Below are positions 9,794 through 19,665 of a stretch of 55,678 nt of DNA, in pieces; positions within the stretch are counted from its first letter, which is position 1, and the number at the start of each line of letters is the position of its first letter. The stretch lies in assembly GCA_913020725.1 (NCBI GenBank), contig CAJWCD010000005.1:1-55678 (forward strand), written 5' to 3'. The DNA comes from an uncultured Pseudomonadota bacterium. Lineage in GTDB: Bacteria; SAR324; NAC60-12. A model generated the notes under the pieces. That model was given only the letters and a program-made list of their open reading frames with translations, ran no database searches and was not told the DNA's origin. A program made the translations under genes and the position numbers.

Positions 9794-11431
9794 TTATGGG
9801 TCTGATTCTCCTAAATTGTCAATCATCGTATTGAAAATATCAAGCTGGTCATTATACACTTCACTGTGCATATTAATTGCACCCAGAACGCTGTGAAAAA
9901 TATTTTGATGTGAATGGCTTTTGCTCTGTTTAATTCGATTGATGTCAATTCCTTTTTTTTCAATGAATTCAGGCGACATCCATACAATGAATGGAATATG
10001 TGTTTGCACATCAGGAGCAACTGCATAAGGAACACCATGCAGGTACAATCCAAACTCTCCTAAAGATTCTCCATGATCAGAAATATAGATCATAACTGCT
10101 GGAGTTTTCAAATCTTGCAACAGGTTGATTGTTTGCGTAAGAAAATAATCCGTGTACAAGATTGAATTGTCATAAGCATTGACTAACTCATGATTAGTAC
10201 ATTGATTTAGTTCCACTGACTTACATACCGGTTTAAATATTTCATACTGTTTCGAGTATCTCTTGTAATACGATGGACCATGGCTACCCCAGCGATGTAT
10301 AACTATAAATATATTTTGCTGCATGGATGATCGAACCCGCTCTCCAAGCCCACTCAGCAAGACCTCATCATATTGACATTGATCCCCCTTGCATTCCCGC
10401 TCGAGTTCATCACTTCTTTGATAAGTATTAACCTTCATTGGCGGTTCGCCCCAATTGTTTGTTCGCCACACAACATCGACCCCGTGCCTTTGCAGGTAAC
10501 TCGGTAATGGCTCGTATTGTTTAGAAAACGGTGTGCTAACATCTTTGTGAGACAGAATACAACGTAGTGATAAAGTGGTATACGTGGCGCACGAAACCGT
10601 GTTATTTAATGCAATAACTCCTTGTTTTTCCAGTAGAGAGTTCGTTGGCCTGTTATATCCATATAGAGAAAAATTTTCTGCTCGTGCGGCCTCTCCTATC
10701 ACTAAAATAATTATTTTTTTTTCATCGCTTTCTTCAAGTTGTGCCGGTGGTAAAAGTTCCTGATTTGATGAGTATTTATGTTTCAATTGTTGCAGTCTAA
10801 TCGTATTTCCAATATACGACCAAGGCATAATTCTGGCACCTAATCTAGAAGAGTATTTGTCAATCCAAAGCAATTTATTCGCATTCAAATAAGTCCATGA
10901 AATTAAGACTACAATAAGCACAAATGATTGCAGAAATAGATTTATTCTCTTTACTTTCTTTATGCGAAATTTATATATAAATATACTCGGAATTACACCT
11001 AGAATGATTAGGTATAATATCATTTTATAATGCCAATAACTGGTTGCCTCAGTCAGATTCGTATTAAATACATTACTCATCATAGTTGTATCTAACACAA
11101 CTCGATAAGTAATCACAAAATAAAGTGCAATTGAGTTACATAACGCAACCAGTAGGCAAAATAACTTTGCTAAATTAAAAGATAGTATGCAGAGTACTAG
11201 CAGAAATAAAGAGGTAACAATAAAGATGACTATTACCACTGTTGCTATAATCAATACTCCGTTTAAGGACAGGTAATCGAGATTATTTGCAGTAAATAAA
11301 ATAACCGGGAAGTTATAGATGATAACATTGCAACATGACATCAATAAACTGAATTTCGTGGCATTAATACACCACTCTAAATTGCGAATATAATTCCAGG
11401 TACTGATCAAGTGTATGTACCGTTTAAACAT
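9794..11431 (-). CDS. eptA: Lipid A phosphoethanolamine transferase (EptA/MCR family)
   Basis: N-terminal TM region; 'VIGEAARA', catalytic Thr in 'SCATYT', 'GSHGPSY', 'NAYDNSILYTD', 'SDHGESLGE..LYLHG'; strongly AT-rich. Confidence 0.92.
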   Translation of the reverse strand: MFKRYIHLISTWNYIRNLEWCINATKFSLLMSCCNVIIYNFPVILFTANNLDYLSLNGVLIIATVVIVIFIVTSLFLLVLCILSFNLAKLFCLLVALCNSIALYFVITYRVVLDTTMMSNVFNTNLTEATSYWHYKMILYLIILGVIPSIFIYKFRIKKVKRINLFLQSFVLIVVLISWTYLNANKLLWIDKYSSRLGARIMPWSYIGNTIRLQQLKHKYSSNQELLPPAQLEESDEKKIIILVIGEAARAENFSLYGYNRPTNSLLEKQGVIALNNTVSCATYTTLSLRCILSHKDVSTPFSKQYEPLPSYLQRHGVDVVWRTNNWGEPPMKVNTYQRSDELERECKGDQCQYDEVLLSGLGERVRSSMQQNIFIVIHRWGSHGPSYYKRYSKQYEIFKPVCKSVELNQCTNHELVNAYDNSILYTDYFLTQTINLLQDLKTPAVMIYISDHGESLGEFGLYLHGVPYAVAPDVQTHIPFIVWMSPEFIEKKGIDINRIKQSKSHSHQNIFHSVLGAINMHSEVYNDQLDIFNTMIDNLGESDP

Positions 11432-11466
11432 CTAATTTAAATCAAAACAATACCTAGGAGGGGTTG

Positions 11467-12726
11467 TCAGCGGAGTTCAGAAATTTCCGAAACACTAAAC
11501 ACTCCAATTCGTTGCACCGCTTCAGCCATTTTGGGAAACATGGCGTCAAAATCCGTCCCTGCTTGGAGTGCGTTTCCGTTGTAGTCCACGGGAGAGAGCC
11601 GCACGCTCAAGTGTCCCGGAAGCATGTAGAAGGCGGCGCCGGGCAGCACGGCGACTTTGGCGTCTTCCAACAGCCGGGTGGCGAGGTCGTTGCTGGTGCG
11701 GATGTTTCGTGAAGCGAGTTGTTCCCGGAAAGGCTCAAAGTCTGGAAACAGGTAGAAGGCTCCCTCCGGTTCGGGGCAGTTGAGTCCGATGCCGAGCAGA
11801 GTTTGCCACATGCCTTTTGTGGCAGCACGGTGAATCGCCACGCAATGTTCCACTTCCTGACGGAGCTTTTCGTACTCGGCAAAGGCTGGAATCGCTGCGT
11901 ATTGAATGGGAGCGCTGGTGCAACTGAAGGTCTCGCTCACCAAGGCTCCCCACGGTTGCAGCAATTCCGACATGGCTTCCGGAAGCAGGGCCACTCCCAG
12001 CCGCCACCCTCCGGCGGAAAACGCCTTGGACAACCCGCTGGTGACCACTGTGCCCTCCGGGTACAGCGTCGCCATGCCCACAAAAGGCCGCTCGCTGAAA
12101 TTGACGAGCGCGTAGATCTCGTCTGCAATCACGACGACCTGATGGCGACGGCAGACCTCGGCCAACTCCTGCAACTCCTGCGCGTGGTGAACGCTTCCGG
12201 TGGGATTGCTCGGATTGGTGAGGATCAGCAGCTTTTGTCCGCTTCCGGACTCTTGACAGGCACGCTCCAGCTCTTCGGCCTGAAGGCGGTAGCGGTTTTC
12301 CCGCAGAGTGGGGATAGGCTGCACGGGCTTGCCAAGCATCCGAGCTTGTGGCCCATAGCTGACCCAGCTTGGCGCAGGAACCAGCAGCGGCCCTTCCAGC
12401 AAGTAGAGCAAGTCGAAGAGCAACTCCTTGCTTCCAGGACCGACAAACACCCGCTCCATGGCCGCGTCATACCCAAACTCCTTGCGGAAGAATCCCGCCA
12501 CCGCCTCCCGTAATTCTGGCAGTCCCGGTCCCGGCAGGTAACTCTTGTGGTGCGTGTTCTCGCGCAATGCCTGCTGGAGCAGTTCCGGAACTGGAAACGG
12601 AGACTCCCCGAAGCCGAGATGGCAAAGGTCTTCTCCGGCTTCCCGCATTCGCTTTGCGGTTTGGTTGATTTTCAGCGTTGCCGATTCTTCAAGTTCGGCA
12701 ACCCTCGGATTCAGAGCAAGTTTCAT
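11467..12726 (-). CDS. PLP-dependent class I/II aminotransferase (aspartate aminotransferase-like)
   Basis: 'GFGESPF', 'GPGSKE', 'NPSNPTG', 'DEIY', PLP lysine in 'GLSKAFSAGGWRLG', 'GAFYLFP'; ATG 12726 avoids overlap with glnS. Confidence 0.9.
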   Translation of the reverse strand: MKLALNPRVAELEESATLKINQTAKRMREAGEDLCHLGFGESPFPVPELLQQALRENTHHKSYLPGPGLPELREAVAGFFRKEFGYDAAMERVFVGPGSKELLFDLLYLLEGPLLVPAPSWVSYGPQARMLGKPVQPIPTLRENRYRLQAEELERACQESGSGQKLLILTNPSNPTGSVHHAQELQELAEVCRRHQVVVIADEIYALVNFSERPFVGMATLYPEGTVVTSGLSKAFSAGGWRLGVALLPEAMSELLQPWGALVSETFSCTSAPIQYAAIPAFAEYEKLRQEVEHCVAIHRAATKGMWQTLLGIGLNCPEPEGAFYLFPDFEPFREQLASRNIRTSNDLATRLLEDAKVAVLPGAAFYMLPGHLSVRLSPVDYNGNALQAGTDFDAMFPKMAEAVQRIGVFSVSEISELR

Positions 12727-12755
12727 CGGAAAGTCCTTCGGTGCGTTTACGGTTC

Positions 12756-14438
12756 TTAGCGGTTTTTTCCACTCCAAGAATCCCGGAGCGTAACGATGCG
12801 GTTGAAGACCAGACGTTCCGGACACGAGTCCACGGGGTCGGCCATGAAATAACCCAGTCTTTCAAACTGGAAGCGTTCTTCCGCTGCTGTGCCGGCAAGC
12901 CCGGCTTCGGCCCATGCTTGTGGCAGGATTTGGCGGGAGCCCGGGTTGAGGTCATTCAGAAAATTCCCATCGGGTTGATCGGATCCCGGATTCGGAGTGG
13001 TGAACAGTCGGTCGTAGAGGCGCACTTCAACCGGAAGCGCGTGGCTGACCGAAACCCAATGGATGATACCCTTGACCTTGCGTCCCTCCGGTTTTTTGCC
13101 CTTTGCGGTGCCCGGATCGTAAGTGCAACGCAGTTCAACGAGGTTTCCGGAACCATCCCTCACCACTTCGTCACAACGGACGACATAGGCATTGCGCAGA
13201 CGCACCTCGCCTCCGGGAACAAGCCGCTGAAAACCCTGCGGCGGTTCCTCCGAGAAATCCTCCTGTTCGATGTACACCGTTTGTGAAAGCGGCACCACGC
13301 GCCGTCCCAGTTCCGGAAGCTTGGGGTGTCTCGGTGCGTCGAGTGCTTCGGTGTGGTCGTCCGGCCAGTTGGTGATCGTCAATTTGAGAGGACGCAACAC
13401 CACCATCGCACGCGGCACCTTTGGATCCAAATCCTCCCGAATACAATCCTCCAGAACTCCCATGTCAATGTTGTTGGACGCTTTGGAAATGCCGATACGC
13501 TCGCAGAACAACCGGAGCGATTTCGGAGTGTAACCGCGCCGCCGCAATCCAGAGAGCGTGGGCATGCGGGGATCATCCCAGCCCTCGACGCGTTTTTCCT
13601 CAACGAGTTGGATGAGCTTGCGCTTGCTGAGGACGGTGTATTGGAGATTGAGACGCGAAAACTCGTACTGCCGAGGGCGGCAGGGTGTTTCCAGCTGGTC
13701 GAGAATCCAGTCGTAAAGGGGGCGGTGATCTTCGAACTCCAAGGTGCAGAGCGAGTGTGTCACGCCCTCCAGCGCGTCTGAGAGACCGTGGGTGAAATCG
13801 TAGAGCGGATAGAGGCACCACGCAGTTCCGGTACGCTGGTGCGACACCTTGCGGATGCGGTAAAGCACGGGGTCGCGCAGATTGAGATTAGGGGAGGCCA
13901 TCTCGATTTTGGCCCGCAAGACATGCTCGCCCTCAGCGAACTCTCCGGCCCGCATGCTCCGGAAGAGCGCGAGGTTTTGCTCCAGACTCCGATTGCGGTG
14001 AGGGCTGTCCTCTCCGGGTTCGGTGAGGGTGCCCCGCTGCGCCCGGATTTCGTCGGCGGACAAGCTATCCACATACGCCTTGCCCTGCTGGATCAAATCC
14101 TCGGCGTAACCGTAAAGCTGCTCAAAGTAATCCGAGGCATGGGTCAGCCGTTCCTCCCAAGCGAAGCCCAGCCAGCGCACGTCCTGCAAAATAGACTGCT
14201 CGTACTCCTCGTCCTCCTTGAGCGGATTGGTGTCGTCAAAGCGCAGGAAGCACTTACCGCCGAATTCTTGGACGATCCCGAAATTCAAGCAGATCGACTT
14301 GGCGTGGCCGATGTGTAGGTAGCCGTTCGGTTCCGGAGGAAAGCGGGTGACGACCGTTTCAGCCCGACCGGCCTTGAGGTCGTCAAGAATGATGTTGCGG
14401 ATGAAGTGTGTGGAAATCGGAGGTTCCGGAGTGGACAT
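12756..14438 (-). CDS. glnS: Glutamine--tRNA ligase
   Basis: '[18 protein letters not shown]', 'LRFDDTNP', 'HSLCTLEF', 'LSKRK', 'GWDDPRMPT', 'FQFERLGYF'. Confidence 0.97.
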   Translation of the reverse strand: MSTPEPPISTHFIRNIILDDLKAGRAETVVTRFPPEPNGYLHIGHAKSICLNFGIVQEFGGKCFLRFDDTNPLKEDEEYEQSILQDVRWLGFAWEERLTHASDYFEQLYGYAEDLIQQGKAYVDSLSADEIRAQRGTLTEPGEDSPHRNRSLEQNLALFRSMRAGEFAEGEHVLRAKIEMASPNLNLRDPVLYRIRKVSHQRTGTAWCLYPLYDFTHGLSDALEGVTHSLCTLEFEDHRPLYDWILDQLETPCRPRQYEFSRLNLQYTVLSKRKLIQLVEEKRVEGWDDPRMPTLSGLRRRGYTPKSLRLFCERIGISKASNNIDMGVLEDCIREDLDPKVPRAMVVLRPLKLTITNWPDDHTEALDAPRHPKLPELGRRVVPLSQTVYIEQEDFSEEPPQGFQRLVPGGEVRLRNAYVVRCDEVVRDGSGNLVELRCTYDPGTAKGKKPEGRKVKGIIHWVSVSHALPVEVRLYDRLFTTPNPGSDQPDGNFLNDLNPGSRQILPQAWAEAGLAGTAAEERFQFERLGYFMADPVDSCPERLVFNRIVTLRDSWSGKNR

Positions 14439-14544
14439 TCAGTTACGGGGAAAAACAGGAAAAAGGCAAAATGGAACAGAGCAAAAACTACCACAAAAAC
14501 ACGGTTTTGCCAAGAGGAAGCCGAACGGCAGTTTGTTTCCGGAC

Positions 14545-15060
14545 TTAGCGACTCAAGGCTTCCCGCACCCAGACTTCGGGTTCGGCGCGCATGAAGCGCT
14601 GGAACTGCTCCGGAGCCGTGCCCTTGAGTGCACGCCCTGCGGAGAGTCGCACTTGCGGGCTGGGGTGCCGGGAGAGGGCTTCGGCGGTGCGCTGCACATG
14701 TCGAGGATGCGATTGTCCGAATCCACGGGAAAGTGCCTCCACGCCGCGACGCGCCAAGGCGGGTTCCGTGCGTTGCGAGAAGGCTTCCAGAAAGGCGGCC
14801 GTTTCATCTTCCGGGAAGGCGGACAACGCCTCCAGCGCCCGGAAGCGCAGGTAGTTGGTGAGCGATTCGTTGTCCGCGAGTTCCTGAAGCACGGTCTCGG
14901 TGCCGGGCCCCAACTTGCGAAACGCTGCCGCGTTGAGTTGCCAGTGCCGCCCCTCCAGCAGCCCCAGCACATGGTTGCGAGGCGGAACGGCCCAGCCTGT
15001 TGTGGCCAAGAGCATCAGTATTCCGAGCAGTCCGGTTTTTGCGAGTTTTCTGTGTGTCAT
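14545..15060 (-). CDS. Secreted HEAT-repeat-like hypothetical protein
   Basis: Signal-peptide-like N-terminus; 'LRFRALEAL', 'QVRLSAGRAL', 'WVREAL' helical repeats; GAGG upstream of ATG 15060. Confidence 0.6.
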   Translation of the reverse strand: MTHRKLAKTGLLGILMLLATTGWAVPPRNHVLGLLEGRHWQLNAAAFRKLGPGTETVLQELADNESLTNYLRFRALEALSAFPEDETAAFLEAFSQRTEPALARRGVEALSRGFGQSHPRHVQRTAEALSRHPSPQVRLSAGRALKGTAPEQFQRFMRAEPEVWVREALSR

Positions 15061-15067
15061 GCGAACC

Positions 15068-16279
15068 TCATTTCGCAAGGGGAGAGTATTGGATCACCTC
15101 CACCTGATTTGGGCAGAGCCGCTCCTGTTTCTTCCCGGAATTTCGGGAGGACGTGCTGTAGGCCGTCCAAAACATCACGTTGCCGCCGCCGTAGCTTTCG
15201 CACTCCTCGGCAGAGACCTTGCCGCTGCCGTCGCTGTCGTTGCTGCTGGAACACTGCGGGGTGTCGGAAATCGGGTCATAGACGGTGCCCGCGCTTTCGG
15301 TGGGGTGGTAGAGTCCCAAGAAGTGCCCCATCTCGTGTGCAGCAGTTTCCGCCAGCAGTTGCGATTGTAGGCTCCCTCCGGAAGCGTGACCTGTCAGTCC
15401 AATCAGCACCCCGTTGTGGTTTCCGGCCACCCCAAGCGAACCAGGTATTCCTGCCGAAATTCCGAGCAATCCGGAGTTGCTGCCACTGAAATCTTCCACA
15501 AAAAACAGCGAAATGTTGTCGGTTTGCCCTTGATTGAGGAGCGCCGAGGTGGTGCTGTCCGTGAAGGAAGAACTCACCGAGGTGTACTGGCTCCCGGAAA
15601 TGGTCTGCACGGAATTCACCGTCAGCGTGACCCCGTTGTTGCTGTAGATGGTCTGCATCGTCGTCAGTGCGGTCGAAAGGTCGGATGCGGAGTAGGTGGT
15701 TCCGGTGAGGTAGGGCTGCACCGTGAGGCTGGGCGTGTCGGAGGTGGTTCCGGAGCGCACCACCACCTTGGCCCCGGTGGCCGCGCTGTTGGTGGTCACA
15801 GTCCAGCTTCCGGAGGTGGCGGTGAGCGAGCTGTCGAGCGGCACGAGGAAGTTCACATAGTCGGACTGGCCATACGCAAAAACCGAATACGTGTCCGATT
15901 GGTTTTGAGAGGTCAATCCCAGCACGTTGGTCCCGTCCGCACGGGTGAGGGTGGAGAGCCGTGGTTTCGAAGTTCCGGTGGCGGAGACCACAAACGACAG
16001 CACGTTGGACGGCAGGGTGAAGCTGGCGGAGCTGCTGCTCAGCGTGAGCGTGCTGACCTCGTAGCTGCTCGTTCCGGTGGAGTTCCCGGCCGTGGCGACC
16101 GTGCAGTTGGTGTTGCTTGTGGTCGTGGTTATGGTTGTGCCTCCATCGCCACCGTCACTGCTGGCGGTGCATCCGGCAAGCAACACGGAACCGAGCATCA
16201 GCAAGCCCCACAGCCCTCCGGAAACTGCTGAAGGCGGATTCCTGAGCGGCTGGATTATTCCCTTGAGTGAACGGATCAT
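15068..16279 (-). CDS. Ser/Thr-rich lipoprotein, metzincin-type zinc metalloprotease (M43-like)
   Basis: Lipobox 'LLAGC'; zinc motif HExxHxxGxxH 'HEMGHFLGLYH'; Met-turn 'NVMF'. Confidence 0.8.
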   Translation of the reverse strand: MIRSLKGIIQPLRNPPSAVSGGLWGLLMLGSVLLAGCTASSDGGDGGTTITTTTSNTNCTVATAGNSTGTSSYEVSTLTLSSSSASFTLPSNVLSFVVSATGTSKPRLSTLTRADGTNVLGLTSQNQSDTYSVFAYGQSDYVNFLVPLDSSLTATSGSWTVTTNSAATGAKVVVRSGTTSDTPSLTVQPYLTGTTYSASDLSTALTTMQTIYSNNGVTLTVNSVQTISGSQYTSVSSSFTDSTTSALLNQGQTDNISLFFVEDFSGSNSGLLGISAGIPGSLGVAGNHNGVLIGLTGHASGGSLQSQLLAETAAHEMGHFLGLYHPTESAGTVYDPISDTPQCSSSNDSDGSGKVSAEECESYGGGNVMFWTAYSTSSRNSGKKQERLCPNQVEVIQYSPLAK

Positions 16280-16382
16280 GGCAAGGGGGACGGTTCAGAT
16301 TTGACTTGCGCGAAAATGTGAACGGGTCATACTGAAATGTTATTGCTTTTCTGTTCCCGGCACAAGCCAAGGAGATGCCTAC

Positions 16383-16700
16383 ATGACCTACATCGTCATC
16401 GAGAACTGCAACGCCTGCAAGTACACCGACTGCGTGGAAGTCTGCCCAGTTGAGGCGTTTCACGAAGGTCCGGAGATGCTCTACATCAACCCCGAGACCT
16501 GCATCGACTGCAACGCCTGTGTTGAAGAATGCCCGGTCGAGGCGATCTACGCCGACGTGGACGTTCCCGACAAATGGGAGAGCTACCTCAAACTCAACGA
16601 AGACGCTTGCGAGCAGTATCCGGTCATCATCGAGAAAACCGATCCGCTGCCGACCGCCCGCACACTGGAAGAAATCCGCGCTGCTGAGGGAGACGCTTAG
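16383..16700 (+). CDS. fdxA: Ferredoxin (FdxA-like dicluster)
   Basis: 'CNACKYTDCVEVCPV' and 'CIDCNACVEECPVEAI'; AGGAG RBS. Confidence 0.9.
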   Translation: MTYIVIENCNACKYTDCVEVCPVEAFHEGPEMLYINPETCIDCNACVEECPVEAIYADVDVPDKWESYLKLNEDACEQYPVIIEKTDPLPTARTLEEIRAAEGDA

Positions 16701-16705
16701 CCGCC

Positions 16706-17245
16706 ATGACTCTGCGGCTTGCCGTCGCGGAGATCCCGGAGACGCACCTGCTCGAATTGCAGGGCCAGCTTGCTCCGGACGAAACCCCGCGACTCGTGGA
16801 ATTCGCTGCCGAGCCACACTCAGCGCTGGCCTACGAAACCAGATGCTGCCGACAAGGCACGGCGGTCAACACACAAGGGCGGGTGCAGGTGCAGTTGAAA
16901 ATTCTCTGCGACCGCTGCTTGGAGCCGGTGGCGCACGAGGTGGATGAAACCTTTAACCTGCTCCTGCTTCCGGAAACAGAGCTCGATCACTTGGAGCCGG
17001 AGGCCATTTTATCGACTCAGGACCTGGACACCCTCTATTACGACGAAGGGTGGCTTGAACTGGGCGAGTTGCTGGAAGAGCAGGCCATGCTCACCCTACC
17101 GCCCAAGGTCTTGTGCTCGGAAACTTGTCAGGGGCTGTGCGGCAACTGCGGAGCAAATTTGAACCACGCGGAATGCCGCTGTCCTGAAGCGGATTTCTCG
17201 GACAGCCCGTTTGCCGGATTGCAAAAACCAAACAACGACTCTTGA
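16706..17245 (+). CDS. yceD: YceD/DUF177 family protein
   Basis: 'CDRCL', 'P.KVLCSETCQGLCGNCGANLN...C.C', 'SPFAGL'; upstream of rpmF. Confidence 0.9.
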   Translation: MTLRLAVAEIPETHLLELQGQLAPDETPRLVEFAAEPHSALAYETRCCRQGTAVNTQGRVQVQLKILCDRCLEPVAHEVDETFNLLLLPETELDHLEPEAILSTQDLDTLYYDEGWLELGELLEEQAMLTLPPKVLCSETCQGLCGNCGANLNHAECRCPEADFSDSPFAGLQKPNNDS

Positions 17246-17397
17246 ACCAGAATCCCGTAGATTCCAAATTTCAACGACCCAGTGCACACAGGCGCCCAGC
17301 GCAAACCTATCGTGACCTTAGCGGACTAAGCCGCTAACAAACCAATTCTGGATTTGAAACACCAGCCATCAAATAACCAGCCACCCACAAGACCATC

Positions 17398-17583
17398 ATG
17401 CCCGTACCTCAGAGCCGAACCTCAAAAAGCAGGCGCGACAAGCGTCGCGGCCACATCAAACTTGCACAACCTGCGCTTTCTGAATGCACGAACTGCCATG
17501 CCCTCGCCCGGCCCCACCGCGTTTGCCCAGAGTGCGGGTACTTCAAGGGGGTGCAGATCGTTGAAGTCGATTCCCTCACCTGA
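17398..17583 (+). CDS. rpmF: 50S ribosomal protein L32 (zinc-binding type)
   Basis: 'MPVPQSRTSKSRRDKRR', CxxC...'HRVCPECGYF'. Confidence 0.95.
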   Translation: MPVPQSRTSKSRRDKRRGHIKLAQPALSECTNCHALARPHRVCPECGYFKGVQIVEVDSLT

Positions 17584-17606
17584 TCCCGAACGCACGGGAT
17601 TGGAAC

Positions 17607-18644
17607 ATGCGCATCGGGGTTGACGCGATGGGCGGGGATTCCCCGCTCACCAGACCAATTGCTGGAGCCGTTCAGGCGGTCAACGATTTCGGCATCGACA
17701 TCGTGTTGTATGGCGATGAACCCCGGATTCGCGAGGAACTGAAGCAGCACCACTGCAATCCGGACAAGGTGGACGTGGTCCACTGCGCCGAGGTCGTGGA
17801 GATGCACGAATCCCCAGCGCTTGCCCTCCGTCAGAAAAAAAAATCCTCCATCCGCATCGCGCTCAACGACCTCAAAGCCGGAGACGTGAGCGCGATGATC
17901 AGCGCGGGCAACACTGGGGCCGTGATGGCCACCGCGAAGTTTGTCCTTAAGATGGTCGCGGACATCGAGCGTCCTGCGATTGCCACCCTTATGCCCTCCA
18001 TCCTCCGGAGCCAGCCTTTTGTTCTGCTCGACATTGGAGCCAACACCGATTGCAAGCCGCTCTACCTCGTGCAGTTCGCCGTGATGGGCGACGCCTATTC
18101 TCGGCTGCTGTTGCACTTGGACGAACCCCGGATTGGCCTCCTCAACATTGGCGAGGAAGCCGGCAAGGGGGATTCCGTGGTTCGGGACACCTACCCACTG
18201 CTGGAGCAAAGCACCCTGAAGTTTGTCGGCAATGTCGAGGGCAAGGCAATGTACAAGGGCGCAGCGGATGTGATTGTCTGCGACGGCTTTGTGGGGAACA
18301 TGGCACTCAAGGTTGCCGAAGGCACCTTTGACCTCGTCAAGAACGTGATCCAGCAGGAGGTCAGCGGATCGTGGTTCTCCAAGCTCTGCTACTTGGGAAT
18401 GCGCGGGGCGTTTCAGGCGCTCAAGGATCGTGTGGACTACACGGAAGTTGGCGGGGCGCCACTCTTGGGGGTGAACGGAACGGTCATCATCTGCCACGGC
18501 AGTTCGAACCCCCGGACGCTCCGCAACGCCATTCGGCACGCTCACGAATGCGCCGAACTCAAGCTCAATGACCTCATTGCCCGTGAGGTGAGCGACAACC
18601 TTGCCGTGATGCGCTCAGCACGGGAGCTTGAGGAAACCTCCTAA
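17607..18644 (+). CDS. plsX: Phosphate acyltransferase PlsX
   Basis: 'IGVDAMGGD', 'SAGNTGA', 'LDIGAN', 'LLNIGEE', 'CDGFVGN', 'GGAPLLG', 'HGSS'. Confidence 0.97.
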   Translation: MRIGVDAMGGDSPLTRPIAGAVQAVNDFGIDIVLYGDEPRIREELKQHHCNPDKVDVVHCAEVVEMHESPALALRQKKKSSIRIALNDLKAGDVSAMISAGNTGAVMATAKFVLKMVADIERPAIATLMPSILRSQPFVLLDIGANTDCKPLYLVQFAVMGDAYSRLLLHLDEPRIGLLNIGEEAGKGDSVVRDTYPLLEQSTLKFVGNVEGKAMYKGAADVIVCDGFVGNMALKVAEGTFDLVKNVIQQEVSGSWFSKLCYLGMRGAFQALKDRVDYTEVGGAPLLGVNGTVIICHGSSNPRTLRNAIRHAHECAELKLNDLIAREVSDNLAVMRSARELEETS

Positions 18645-18650
18645 ATTCGG

Positions 18651-19565
18651 CTACTTCGACGAAGGCTGGTAGTACGGATTCTGGCCTTCCGCGTGATCCG
18701 TCACGTCAAAGACCCCCACGAGGTCCGGGATGTGGTCCTTCAGCATCACCTCGACCCCCTGCTTGAGGGTGACATCAATCATCCCACAGCCCTGACAGCC
18801 TCCGCCGAACTCCAGATAAACCTTGCCCTCCTCAATTCCCCGCAATGACACCATCCCGCCGTGCCCGGCCACCATCGGGTTGATCTGGTCGTCCAGCAGC
18901 GTCTGCACCTGCTCTTCGATCGAGCCGCTGAGTTCCTTGGCCGAAAGGTTCGGGTTCTGGATTTCCAGTTCGTCTTCGCCATTGATGAAAATCTCAGTTC
19001 CTTCCAAAAACGGAACGGCCTCCCGCACGGCCACAAACGGGGTTTCCTGCACCTCAAAGCCGATCAGATCATCCACGCTTTCCCCATCCGGAACGTAGGC
19101 GACTGCGTAACTGCCCTTGAGGGGACTGCCGGATTCGACCTCAATCCGCACCGCCTTGGCTTCTTCTTCTGTCAAACGATCCCGGAGGACTTTTAAGGCC
19201 TCGTCAGTTACAACAAGCCAGCTTCCTTCCGGACGGTAAAGCGTCTCGAAGCCCTCGGTGAACCAGAAGGTGTCAAAGCCGTTGTCGTAGAGGATTTCTC
19301 CCGCCGTCAAGGCCTCGCCATTCTCACTCCCGTAAATCAGGATGTCGCCGGAGAAAGGCATTTGGTAGATGGAATTCTCGAACTGCTCCACGGGCAGGTT
19401 CTGGGCACCGGGAAGGTGTCCGGCTTCGTAATCCTCGGGGCTGCGCAGATCAAACACATAGGGCTTGCTGGCCGTCCGGCGTTTCTCCCAAAATGCCCGT
19501 GCGTCTAGGCGGAAGGTTTCCGGTTTGAAAACATCATCGTCACTGAGGTCGGTGAACTTGAACAT
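18651..19565 (-). CDS. Rhodanese-like domain fused to NfuA-type Fe-S carrier (degenerate A-type domain + NifU-C)
   Basis: 'FDLRSPEDYEAGHLPGAQNLP' (rhodanese); 'INPMVAGHGG...FGGGCQGCGMIDVTLKQGVE...DVTDH..G.NPYY' (NfuA); AGGAG RBS before ATG 19565. Confidence 0.85.
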   Translation of the reverse strand: MFKFTDLSDDDVFKPETFRLDARAFWEKRRTASKPYVFDLRSPEDYEAGHLPGAQNLPVEQFENSIYQMPFSGDILIYGSENGEALTAGEILYDNGFDTFWFTEGFETLYRPEGSWLVVTDEALKVLRDRLTEEEAKAVRIEVESGSPLKGSYAVAYVPDGESVDDLIGFEVQETPFVAVREAVPFLEGTEIFINGEDELEIQNPNLSAKELSGSIEEQVQTLLDDQINPMVAGHGGMVSLRGIEEGKVYLEFGGGCQGCGMIDVTLKQGVEVMLKDHIPDLVGVFDVTDHAEGQNPYYQPSSK

Positions 19566-19665
19566 AGAGAACTCCTGAATTGCCGATTTTGCAAATGCCG
19601 CTACTGTTTTGGAAACAGCATCCATTAGATACGATTCATTCTAAACGCTGAACCCGTGAGTGTCA

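Noticed and set aside
17317-17338. TTAGCGG/CCGCTAA hairpin between yceD and rpmF as a terminator or ncRNA
   Set aside because: There is no U-tract on the sense strand and it is too short to support a call.
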